Assembly: GCA_030754595.1 (NCBI GenBank)
Contig: JASLZZ010000030.1
Span: 1-58,187, forward strand
From: Nitrospinota bacterium
GTDB lineage: Bacteria; UBA8248
DNA length: 58,187 bases
Reading direction: 5' to 3'
Shown here piece by piece: positions 19,038-28,162 of this stretch (the stretch's first letter is position 1; each line of letters opens with the position of its first letter). Below the pieces are notes generated by a model that was not told the DNA's origin, did not search any database, and worked only from the letters and a program-made list of their open reading frames with translations. Both the position numbers and the translations under genes were made by a program.

Positions 19038-21281
19038 ATGGATGATTCCATGCCTGAATTGACTTATGTTGGCCATTCCCAGCCCAAAGAAGATGCAATC
19101 GCTAAAGCGGTGGGGGACACCGTTTTCGGCGATGACCTTCACCTGCCCGGCGAGCTTATCGGAAAGGTGATCCGAGCCGGTCGGATTCCGGCGCGCATCA
19201 ATAAAATCGACGTCTCTAAAGCGCTCGCGCTTCCAGGGGTTCATTGCGTCCTGACCGCCGAGGACATCCCCGGAGAAAACGCGGGGCGGTATCCCTACTA
19301 TCCCGTCCTGTCCGCAGAGACCGTCCACTTCACGGGAGACGCCGTGGCGCTCGTCGCGGCAGAAACGCGGGAGGTCGCCGAGGCGGCAGCCCGGCTCGTC
19401 AAAATCGACTACGAGCCGCTGCCCGGGCTCTATGAATTCAGGAATCTCGAGGGAGAGACGCTCTGCGACTGGAAAACGGAAAAGGGCGACATCGAGGCGG
19501 GCTTTCGGAAAGCGGACATCGTCGTCGAAAATGTCTACTTCGCCGCCAGCGTCGATCACGGCTTCATCGAAACCGAGGGCGGCGTCGGCTGGGTGGACGA
19601 GCACGGCATTGTAAACATCCGGGTTCCCACCCAGATGATCGAAAACTATCAAGGCGTCGCCAAAGTACTCGGTCTTCCCGCCAACCGGGTGCGCTACGAC
19701 TGCCCCATGCTAGGGGGCGCCTTCGGCGGGAAGGAACACCCCCTTCTCGGCGCCTATCTCGGCCTCCTCGCGGTGAAGACAGGCCGCCCCGTGCGAATCG
19801 CTTACTCGCGTGAGGAATCCATGGCCCAGTGCTCCAAAAAACATCCCTTTGTCATGCGCTACAAGACCGGCGCGACGAAAGACGGGAGGCTCTCCGCGGT
19901 CGAGGTTGATATCATCGCCGACGCGGGCGCCTATCCCACCAACAGCAAGGGCCTCGTCCTCGGCGCGCTTTGCGTCAGCGGCGGGCCCTACGAGATACCG
20001 AACGCCGGCGGTCGCGCCCGCGCCGTTTTGACGAACAATCCCTTCACCGAGTCCATGCGCGGCGTCGGAGCCAATCAGGTTTGCTTTGCTTACGAATCCC
20101 AGATGGACGAGGTGGCGAAGCAGCTAAGGATGGACCCGATTGCGTTCCGCCGCCGCAATTTTATTAATAAAAACCAGACCCTCATGCAAAACCAACCCGT
20201 CTCCTCACGGGTGATGCTCCCTGAACTCACCCATAAAATCGAGGAATCCATCACCCGAAAGGCTGGTTCCGCTTCCGGCGTAAGCCCTGGCCCCTGGCGG
20301 CGGGGGGTGGGCTACGCCGCCAACATCGCCGGCTACGGCCGCCCCCGAAACGAGGGCGAGGCCTACATGTCCATCGAAGGCGACGGGAGCGTGAACCTGA
20401 GGTGCGGGGCGTGCGACCTCGGTTCGGCCCAGACGCACACCAACCGCCAGATCGCCGCCGAGGCCGTGGGCGTTCCCCTGAAGAGAGTGACCGTCACCAT
20501 GTCGGACTCCCACGTGACGCCGATGGTCGGAATTACGGCGGGCAGCCGCCAGACCATGATCAGCGGCGGCGCTACCCTTAGCTCGGGCCAGGAACTCAGG
20601 AGCCGTCTGCTCAGGGGCGCGGCCGAACTGCTCGAGGCCGCCCCGGAGGATCTCGGCATTCGGGAGGGTAATATATACGTGCGCGGCGCCGAGGAACGGT
20701 CCGTGGATATCGCCCGGGCCGCCGCCCAGTGCAAGGCGATGGACCTCGCACTTCATGCGACCGGTAAGGTCCAGCTCGGTGACCACGATTTCGAGGGCCA
20801 CGAAAAATATGGCGATCCCGGCGGATGGATGGATTACGTCTTCGGCCTCCACGCCGCCGAGGCCGAGGTCAACACCGAAACCGGCGAGATTCGCCTCCTC
20901 AACTACTGGGCGAGTCACGATATTGGTCAGGCGATTCACCCCCAGCACGTCGAGGGGCAGTTCGAGGGTGGCGCCATGATGGGCATCGGCCACGGCCTCA
21001 CAGAGGAGATCCAGACCGACCGCGGGAGAATCGTGTCCAATGAGTATCACAGCTATCTCATCCCGACTGCGGCGGAGACCCCGGATTGGGAGAGCGTCTT
21101 CACCGAGTCGGGCGAGGGCCTTGGGCCTTACGGTGCGAAGGGAATCGGGGAGCCGCCCTGCACCGCCGCCGCCGCAGCCGTCGCCTGCGCCGTCAGCCAG
21201 GCCATCGGCGCCCGCATCACCCGCATTCCGATCACCCCCGATCACGTGCTGGAAGTTTTGGGTAAGCTCGGGCGGAATTGA
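19038..21281 (+). CDS. Xanthine dehydrogenase / aldehyde oxidase family molybdopterin-binding large subunit (CoxL-like).
   Basis: 747 aa with an N-terminal a/b-hammerhead and Mo-cofactor binding domains. An alternative start is MPELTYVG at 19050. Confidence 0.85.
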   Translation: MDDSMPELTYVGHSQPKEDAIAKAVGDTVFGDDLHLPGELIGKVIRAGRIPARINKIDVSKALALPGVHCVLTAEDIPGENAGRYPYYPVLSAETVHFTGDAVALVAAETREVAEAAARLVKIDYEPLPGLYEFRNLEGETLCDWKTEKGDIEAGFRKADIVVENVYFAASVDHGFIETEGGVGWVDEHGIVNIRVPTQMIENYQGVAKVLGLPANRVRYDCPMLGGAFGGKEHPLLGAYLGLLAVKTGRPVRIAYSREESMAQCSKKHPFVMRYKTGATKDGRLSAVEVDIIADAGAYPTNSKGLVLGALCVSGGPYEIPNAGGRARAVLTNNPFTESMRGVGANQVCFAYESQMDEVAKQLRMDPIAFRRRNFINKNQTLMQNQPVSSRVMLPELTHKIEESITRKAGSASGVSPGPWRRGVGYAANIAGYGRPRNEGEAYMSIEGDGSVNLRCGACDLGSAQTHTNRQIAAEAVGVPLKRVTVTMSDSHVTPMVGITAGSRQTMISGGATLSSGQELRSRLLRGAAELLEAAPEDLGIREGNIYVRGAEERSVDIARAAAQCKAMDLALHATGKVQLGDHDFEGHEKYGDPGGWMDYVFGLHAAEAEVNTETGEIRLLNYWASHDIGQAIHPQHVEGQFEGGAMMGIGHGLTEEIQTDRGRIVSNEYHSYLIPTAAETPDWESVFTESGEGLGPYGAKGIGEPPCTAAAAAVACAVSQAIGARITRIPITPDHVLEVLGKLGRN

Positions 21282-21444
21282 TGCCGCTCTCCTTTTGAGT
21301 AATGAATAGCGGGCTCAATGAAGAAGCGCCGGAGTGAAGAAACGCGGGCCAAGGCGGCTCCGAACGTGCCGAAGGCCAAATTGCCCCGTTTCCGGCCAAA
21401 GCGGCTTCGTATCTTTGCATATCGTTATTGAAAGGAGGGAAAGC

Positions 21445-21939
21445 GTGAATATTCGGGCTATCGAATTCTTCGGTTTCCGAGCGTGGATAGCATGTACTGC
21501 CGCTCTTTTAATTAGCTGGTCACTTTTCGCATTTGACGCCGAACCGCAGGCGTCCTCCGGGGCCCGGACAGCCCCGGCGAAAGAGGTCTTTCTCAAGGCA
21601 TTTTATGCGCTGGATGAACCGAGGTTTCATCGTGTCGATATTCCGGGGCATCGCTCCCGCGTCAATGTTGCCCGCGCTCTCGTGGTTCACACCTGCAGGG
21701 AGGGCATTTGGCACCGGGACGAAATTTTCGATCAGTCCACAATCTCAAACGGGCAACTGAAAATGTCTGAATACGGGAAGAGCACCTCTTACTCCATCAC
21801 GACCATCGGCCTGATGGAGAACGGCTTCGACGTGAAGGGGATGTGGAAGAAGCTCAAGGCCCTCGATCCCCTCGTGGGTTTCCGCACCTCGGCGAAGCTG
21901 CAGATGATGGCGAACTGCGAGCGCGCCATTGACATGTGA
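21445..21939 (+). CDS. Hypothetical secreted protein.
   Basis: A GTG start is preceded by AAAGGAGGG. The N-terminus is a signal peptide (IACTAALLISWSLFAFDAEPQA). No family was recognised. Confidence 0.4.
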   Translation: MNIRAIEFFGFRAWIACTAALLISWSLFAFDAEPQASSGARTAPAKEVFLKAFYALDEPRFHRVDIPGHRSRVNVARALVVHTCREGIWHRDEIFDQSTISNGQLKMSEYGKSTSYSITTIGLMENGFDVKGMWKKLKALDPLVGFRTSAKLQMMANCERAIDM

Positions 21940-22005
21940 AACCTCTCCGGGCGGATGGTCCAGATAATTCGCAAGAAGCCGGACCTCGCCAAGGTTATGC
22001 GGTAG

Positions 22006-22305
22006 AGCACCTACAAGGAAGGCCATGTTTTCTTTGGCATGCAGGCCGGCGTCGTCAAAGGGGGGGCACACCCCAACGCGGGCAAGCTGCTGATGGAGTT
22101 CCTCCTGGTCAAAGAGGCTGTTGACATTGTGGCCGAGGAGGAGATCAGCTACTACTCCATGCTCAAGGGCTACAAGCCGTCCGCGTCCGTCAAGAAGTAC
22201 ATGATGGGTTTCGATAAAGTGAAGACCCTCCCCATCAAGGACCAGACCGCCGCCGCGAAGAAGTTCAAGAAGATGTGCCGGCAGTGGCAGCAGGTATTCC
22301 GTTAA
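22006..22305 (+). pseudogene. C-terminal fragment of an ABC-transporter periplasmic substrate-binding protein (family 1, iron/polyamine type).
   Basis: ...GHVFFGMQAGVVKGGAHPNAGKLLMEFLLVKEAVDIVAEEE... matches an SBP C-terminal lobe, but no N-terminal portion is present. Confidence 0.5.
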
Positions 22306-22502
22306 CCGGATAGTGTAATGTCCCGGATTCTGTAGCCGGGAGTCGGCCCTCTGGCCGTCTCCTGGCCTTCGGGGCCACTCACTGAAAGGATTTCATGACT
22401 ACCATATCCAGGCCGGAGGCCGTACCCTCCCGCTGATGGAGTTTCCTGCGAAACTTCTTCCAGGCTGAAAACGCGATCGCAGTAATCGTCAGCGTCCTCG
22501 TC

Positions 22503-24143
22503 ATGGCGATGGTGCTGATTCCACTTGGCGCCCTGATAGTAGGCAGCTTCCTCGTGCTCGACGATCTGGGCTTCGGCACGGAGTGGGGCTTCGAGAACTA
22601 CCGGGAGATGGTTCAGGGGCACGTCATCCGCAGGGCTTTCCTCAACACCCTCTTCGTCAGTACGGGATCCACGCTTCTGGCCACCTTCCTGGGCGTCTCG
22701 CTCGCCTGGCTCAACGCCCGGACAAACTGCCCCTTCCGGGACCGGCTCGAGCCGATGAATCTCATCCCCTTTTTCATGAACCCCTTCGTCGGGGCGATCG
22801 CCTGGCACAACCTGGCCTCGCCCAAGGTCGGGATGCTGAACCATATGGCGCGCGGCCTTCTCGGTATTGAGGGCTCGCTCCTGAACGTCAACTACCTCTT
22901 CGGCGTCATCTGGGTAACGGGGATCTTCTTCACGCCCCTCGTCTACCTATTCGTGGTGGGCTCCCTGCGGCGCATGGACCCATCCCTCGAGGACAGCGCC
23001 CGAGTGACCGGGGCGGGTCTGCTCCGCACCACCCTGACCGTCACCCTTCCGCTCGCCGCGCCGGGTATCCTTTCGGGCGCCATCATCGTCTTCGTCACCA
23101 GCGCGGGTGAATTCGGCGTACCCTTCAAGCTGGGCACGCCCTACGGCTGGGAAACCCTGACAACCCAGATCTTCACCAAGGCCGTGGGCGATGAGGCGAA
23201 CAACTACATGGGCGCGGCCATGAGCATGATCCTCGGCATCATCACGGGCGTTTTCATCTGGGTGCAGCGTCGCATCATCGCGCCGCGCGAGTTCACGACT
23301 GTGACCGGAAAAGGCTTCCGGCCAAATCTCATCGATCTGGGCCGGTGGAAGTGGACGGCGTTCGGATTCAATATCTTCTACGTCTTCGTCACCGTCATCC
23401 TGCCCATCATCAGCATCCTCGTGGTGAGCCTCCACACCGTATGGGTGGGCAAGATCATACCTGACGATTTCACCATCCTGAATTACCAGCGGCTTCTTTT
23501 CTTCTGGACGCCCATCGCCATCAAGCCCGCGACAAACGGCATCATCAACAGCTTCATTCTCGCCCTGGCCGGCGCCACGATCACGATGGTCCTGGCCGTT
23601 ATCCTCTCCTTTCAGATTCACCGGCGGCGGGGCAGGTTCGCCGGGGTGCTGGACTTCCTGTGCGCCGTGCCCGTGGGTTTCCCGGGTATCGTGCTCGGAA
23701 TGGGGATCCTCATTGTCTACATCAGGACCCCCATCTACGGCACCCTCTGGATCCTCCTCCTCGGCTACGTTACCCGCTTCTTCCCCTACGGCCAGCGGAA
23801 CGTGGCCTCCGTCATGATGGCCATCTCCGAGGAGCTCGAGCAGAGCTCGCGCCTCTCCGGTGCCTCCTGGATGACAACTCTCAAACGCATCACCATTCCG
23901 CTTCTCAAGCCGGGAATCTTCGCGGGCTGGCTCCTGATGTTCCTCATCTTCATCCGTGATCTCTCCATCTCGATCATCCTTTTCACCGCAGGCACAGAGA
24001 CCCTCTCCACCGGCATCTATTACCTCCAAGAGTACGAGACCGAATCGCTCACCTGCGCCCTCTCCGTCATCCAGACATCCGTTCTTCTTGCCTGCGTCCT
24101 CCTGTTACGCAAGATGGTGGGCAGGCAGGCTCTCGTCGCTTGA
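22503..24143 (+). CDS. ABC transporter permease with two fused BPD_transp_1 domains (FbpB-like).
   Basis: There are two EAA-like permease domains and ~12 TM segments. The true start may lie upstream, as the frame is open from 22437. No ATPase gene is adjacent. Confidence 0.75.
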   Translation: MAMVLIPLGALIVGSFLVLDDLGFGTEWGFENYREMVQGHVIRRAFLNTLFVSTGSTLLATFLGVSLAWLNARTNCPFRDRLEPMNLIPFFMNPFVGAIAWHNLASPKVGMLNHMARGLLGIEGSLLNVNYLFGVIWVTGIFFTPLVYLFVVGSLRRMDPSLEDSARVTGAGLLRTTLTVTLPLAAPGILSGAIIVFVTSAGEFGVPFKLGTPYGWETLTTQIFTKAVGDEANNYMGAAMSMILGIITGVFIWVQRRIIAPREFTTVTGKGFRPNLIDLGRWKWTAFGFNIFYVFVTVILPIISILVVSLHTVWVGKIIPDDFTILNYQRLLFFWTPIAIKPATNGIINSFILALAGATITMVLAVILSFQIHRRRGRFAGVLDFLCAVPVGFPGIVLGMGILIVYIRTPIYGTLWILLLGYVTRFFPYGQRNVASVMMAISEELEQSSRLSGASWMTTLKRITIPLLKPGIFAGWLLMFLIFIRDLSISIILFTAGTETLSTGIYYLQEYETESLTCALSVIQTSVLLACVLLLRKMVGRQALVA

Positions 24144-24237
24144 GCTTTTTCTCTCCGCTACGCAGACGATTTTGCGGTGTTTTGTTTCGACGTTACTTTC
24201 TTAAACTGGCCTTTGAGGAATTCGAAGGAGGCTTTAT

Positions 24238-25122
24238 ATGGCAGTCCGCACCGTCGCGATTATCAGCCCGGGAGAGATGGGATGTGCCGTAGGCCATGTA
24301 CTGAAATCGAACGGCCTCGACATCGTCGCATCCCTTTCGGAGCGAAGCGACCTCACGAAAACCCGGGCCAAAGTCGCCGGATTTGAAGATGCGTCTACAC
24401 TCGAAGACCTTCTGGGCGAAGCGGATCTGGTGCTCTCCATCGTACCGCCCGCCGCCGCGGTTGAGACTGCCCGTGAGACTGCCACGGCAATGAAGGCCAC
24501 GGGCCATCGCCCTCCCTATGCCGATTGCAACGCCATATCTCCCGACAACACCCGCCTTGCCGGGAAGATCATCACCGAAGCCGGAGCCGTGTTCATCGAC
24601 GGATGAATTATCGGCACCCCTCCCTGGAAGGATATCCTTCCGCGAATTTATGTCAGTGGGGAGCGGACCGGCCTAATGATGGAGCTAGGTGGGAAAGGCA
24701 TCTCCATAAAGCCGACCGGAAGCGAAATCGGCCGCGCCTCGGCACTCAAGATATGCTCCGCTTCACTCACAAAAGGGACGCTCGCACTGCATACCGCCAT
24801 CATGATCGCCGCCGATGCGATGGGACTGACCGATGAGTTTCATCAGGAACTTCTCATCGGCCGGGAAACTCTTTATCGCCAAATCGAATCCGGGACGCGG
24901 CGGCTGCCATCTGTGGCGGGGAGGTACATCGGCGAGATGGAGGAAATTACCGCGGCCTTTTCGGCTGTTGGCGTCACGCCGAAGTTTTACGAAGGAGTCC
25001 TCGAAGTATACCGACTCCTCGCTGAAACGCCCCTGGCCTCGGAAACTCCGGATACCATTGACGCCGGCCGCACCCTCAATGAAGCGGCCAAACTTTTTGC
25101 TAAGTATCTACCGATGCGTTAA
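24238..25122 (+). CDS. 6-phosphogluconate-dehydrogenase-like NAD(P)-binding oxidoreductase (DUF1932-type), interrupted by an in-frame TGA at 24604-24606. It is either a pseudogene or a recoded gene.
   Basis: ORFs 24238-24606 and 24676-25122 lie in the same frame. Read-through gives ...AVFIDG-*-IIGTPPWKDILPRIYVSGERTGLMMELGG..., and the TGA sits where homologues have the Gly/Ala of the DGxIIG/DAPVSGG motif. Confidence 0.6.
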
Positions 25123-25191
25123 CGACCGAACGCGGCAATAACGATATCCACTCTCATTTGGCACGGGAAAACAGATTGCCGCGGCACAACA

Positions 25192-25235
25192 GGCGCACCC
25201 TGTCCGGAAGCGAGGCACACCCTGTCCGGAAGCGC
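25192..25235. repeat. Tandem direct repeat of 2 x 22 bp (GGCGCACCCTGTCCGGAAGCGA / GGCACACCCTGTCCGGAAGCGC), abutting the stop codon of the selenoprotein gene.
   Basis: Read directly from the sequence. Confidence 0.6.
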
Positions 25236-25895
25236 CTACCCTTTCGGTTCGGGCATTTCGTCGGGCCAATCATCGACGACGCGCTGGAGGTAGACCTTTA
25301 GCTTTTGGGGGTCGGTGCGGATCGAGGTCTTGATCTTGTTGACCTCGCTCTCCTCCTCGATGGGGAAGCGCAGGGAGTCCTGCACGCGGTTCGAGAGATT
25401 GAACAGGGCGGTGGCGGCGGTGAGCTCGACGAGCTCGGGGTCGGAGAACTCCTTTCGGACGATCTCGTAGACGTCGTCGCGCTCCTTGGCGGTGTTTAGG
25501 GTGACGTGCTCGGCCCAAAGGACGGCGGCCCGCTCGCGGACGCTGAGATGGGGCGAGTTCATGTAATCCTCGCCCGAAATGGCTTCGAGTTGCTCCTCGG
25601 TGATGCCCGCGGCTTGACCAAGCGCGGTGTTGTGCGTGATTCAGTAGGCGCAACTGTTGAGCTGGCTGGTTTTGATGATACACATCTCCTTGAGCTTCGA
25701 GGTCAGGACCCCGCCGGCGCCCTCTCTCTGGAGGGCGGCGCCGAAGGCGAGATACAGTTTGGCGATATGGGGGATGTGCGCCCAGGCGCGAGCGGAGTTG
25801 GGAACGCGGCCCCGGAACTCCTCGGTGGCCTCAAAGAATTTCGCCCGCTCGCCGCTGGCCTGCGCCGGGTCGATGAGCTCAACGCGCGCTGTCAT
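25236..25895 (-). CDS. AhpD-like / carboxymuconolactone decarboxylase-family selenoprotein, with Sec encoded by TGA at 25641-25643.
   Basis: ORFs 25641-26132 and 25236-25562 share a frame. The joined protein reads ...KTSQLNSCAY-U-ITHNTALGQAAGITEEQL..., so the TGA falls exactly at the second Cys of the CMD/AhpD C-x-x-C motif (CAYU). A hairpin CCGCG-N11-CGCGG begins 13 nt downstream, consistent with a bacterial SECIS. The start MTARVEL at 25895 is preceded by the strong SD GAGGGAGGAG. Confidence 0.7.
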
Positions 25896-26289
25896 GGAAA
25901 CTCCTCCCTCGTCTCGAATGAATCCGTTGTTGGTTGAAACGATTTTAGCACGCCAATCAATATTTGAATTACCGTCACCTCGGAGAGTGAGGGAACCCGC
26001 AGCGCGGCCCCCCCGCCATACCCCCCCAGACACATTGTCGGATTTTCGGTGTGATGAATTTATGGTTCGCCATCGACCGGTGATTTTCAGAGATAAGAGC
26101 CTCCGCACCGCCAGGCGAGCGGAGTTTGGCAATTGTGATACCGAGTGAAGAACGAGGTGGCCAAGATGTGGGCGAAAGATAGGAATAGATCCTTCATGGC
26201 GGGAGCTTAAGGGCGCTCAAGGGGGTATTTTTGACTTTATGCCCTTCTTGGCGGGAAGCGCTGCCGACAAAGGAAAATACGGTCGTAAT

Positions 26290-26318
26290 TTGATAAATTA
26301 AGGGCGTTACCGCATAAT
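26290..26318 (+). promoter_or_regulatory. Candidate sigma70 promoter TTGATA-N17-CATAAT, upstream of the Zn-ADH gene.
   Basis: Hexamers and spacing read from the sequence, with 5/6 and 5/6 matches to consensus. Confidence 0.3.
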
Positions 26319-26424
26319 TCCAGATACAGAAACCATCTGGGAAATGTCGGATTCTTCCACCTTTGTTCTGTTTTCTCGGAGACGGCAGGATAGGAGGGCA
26401 GTTCCGGTGAGCATACCTGAGACC

Positions 26425-27474
26425 ATGAGAGCGGTCGTGCTGCACGGCTGGAACGACGTTCGGCTGGAGGATGTTCCGGTGCCGACTCCGGGCCCGGGTG
26501 AGGTGCTCTGCCGGATTCGGGCATGTGCCATCTGCGGCACCGACGCCCGCCTGATCACCGGTGGCGCCGCGCGCACCTTCAAGGGGACCTTCCCGCACAT
26601 ATTCGGCCACGAGTGGAGCGGCGAGGTGGCCGCCATCCCAGAGGGAGTCGAGGGCGTAGCGGTGGGCGACCGCGTGGCGGGAGAGGTGACGAAGGGCTGC
26701 AGAACCTGCCCGGCCTGCAAGAGCGGTAGATATCAACTCTGCGAACACAGCGGAAAACTCGAGAAGGGCTACCGCATGCACGGCTTCAACCTCCCCGGCA
26801 TCTTCGCTCAGTATGTCGCCTACCTGCCCGAGATGCTCTCCCCTCTTCCGGACCACGTCAGCTTCGAGGAAGGGGCGCTGGGATCGGTCTTCTCCCAGGC
26901 ACTGCACGGCGTGAAGATCGGCGCCTGCCAGCCGGGCGAGACCGCCTTCGTGATCGGCCCGGGGGCGATCGGGTTGCTCATCCTCCAGACGGTGAAGCGC
27001 CAAGGGGCGGCAAGGGTGCTGATCGCCGGCCGGGGGGAGCGGCTCGATATGGCCCGCAAGTTAGGCGCCGACATCGCCATCGACATTTCAAGCGATGACC
27101 CGGCTACAGCCGTCCTCGAAGCCACCGGCGGCCAAGGAGCCGACGTGGTGTACGAGTGCGCGGGCAAGCAGCCCGCGATCGAGGCGGCTGTCCGGTCGGT
27201 CAAAAAAGGAGGCCGGGTCGTCCTCATCGGGGTGAGAGGCCAGGAGGAAGGCATCCCCTTCAACGTCGATCACGTCGTCCTCAATCAGATCAGCCTCCTC
27301 GGCATGCGCGGAAGCCCGAATCTGTTGGCCGGGGCGATCGCCCTCATCGCCAGCGGGCAGGTGAACGTGAAGCAACTGATCGCGGAGGAGTTTCCGCTGG
27401 AACGATTCCAAGACGCTATGGATTTCTACGCGCGGCGCGAGCGAGGGGCCGTTCGGGTCATTTTGAAGCCATGA
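26425..27474 (+). CDS. Zinc-dependent alcohol dehydrogenase of the MDR family (threonine/sorbitol dehydrogenase-like).
   Basis: The catalytic Zn motif (GHEWSGEV) and structural Zn cysteines (C..C..C) are present, as is the Rossmann motif GPGAIGLL. The start is taken at MRAVVLHGW. Confidence 0.85.
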   Translation: MRAVVLHGWNDVRLEDVPVPTPGPGEVLCRIRACAICGTDARLITGGAARTFKGTFPHIFGHEWSGEVAAIPEGVEGVAVGDRVAGEVTKGCRTCPACKSGRYQLCEHSGKLEKGYRMHGFNLPGIFAQYVAYLPEMLSPLPDHVSFEEGALGSVFSQALHGVKIGACQPGETAFVIGPGAIGLLILQTVKRQGAARVLIAGRGERLDMARKLGADIAIDISSDDPATAVLEATGGQGADVVYECAGKQPAIEAAVRSVKKGGRVVLIGVRGQEEGIPFNVDHVVLNQISLLGMRGSPNLLAGAIALIASGQVNVKQLIAEEFPLERFQDAMDFYARRERGAVRVILKP

Positions 27475-27490
27475 AGAGGGAGGAAGCACC

Positions 27491-27892
27491 ATGAATCGAT
27501 CGGAGGCTATGGATTTCATCAAAGAGAATCAGTGGGGGGTCATGTCCACCTTTTTCCCCAACGGCACGCCCCAGCTCACACCCATCATTTACGCCCTCAT
27601 GGGGGACAAGATTCAGATATCGTGTACCCGCCCCCGGAAGAAGACTCAGAACCTCCTGAAGAACCCGAACGCGATCCTCTGTATTTTCATGCCGAAATTC
27701 TTCGGCCCCTATCTCACCGTGGAGGGGCGCGTCGAAGTGATCGAAGACCCCGACGCCACCAAGAACCTCGCTCTCTACAAGGCCACCCGCGGGGAGCCGC
27801 CAGAGAACGTGGAGGAGTTCCTCGCCCAGAGGATCCGCGACCAGCGCCTCATCTTCGAGATGAGCATCGACCGGATGTATCCGCTGGATTGA
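27491..27892 (+). CDS. PPOX-class (pyridoxamine 5'-phosphate oxidase-like, probably F420-dependent) protein.
   Basis: 133 aa with the split-barrel fold motif (ENQWGVMSTF). Confidence 0.65.
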   Translation: MNRSEAMDFIKENQWGVMSTFFPNGTPQLTPIIYALMGDKIQISCTRPRKKTQNLLKNPNAILCIFMPKFFGPYLTVEGRVEVIEDPDATKNLALYKATRGEPPENVEEFLAQRIRDQRLIFEMSIDRMYPLD

Positions 27893-28162
27893 GCTTCGTT
27901 CCACTCGACAGCCTGGGCTTCCCGCCGGGATTCACCTGTGCTCCAGAAAATAATTGGACCCATGTAGGACGGGGACTAGCCATGGCAAAATCCCCGAAAT
28001 AGACATAATCATTACGATATTCTTAATCCCGTCCTATCCAATTAAACGATCGTGTCTTAAATTCCTGTTTGAATATAATTTTTATCCGGTGCGGAGCAAA
28101 GTGACTGTTGTTTGTTGACAAGGCGACGAGACATTTATTTTTCTATCAAAGGAGAATTTCCG

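Noticed and set aside
20205-21245. A 346-aa minus-strand ORF inside the XDH-family gene.
   Set aside because: It is an antisense shadow ORF that is Gly/Ala/Arg-rich, with no motifs.
22947-24029. A 360-aa minus-strand ORF inside the ABC permease gene.
   Set aside because: It is an antisense shadow ORF of acidic low-complexity sequence.
24604-25643. A genome-wide alternative genetic code in which UGA means Gly or Trp.
   Set aside because: TGA is used as the terminator of many confidently called genes here (for example at 4214, 5874 and 7015). The genome is high-GC, unlike known code-4 and code-25 lineages.
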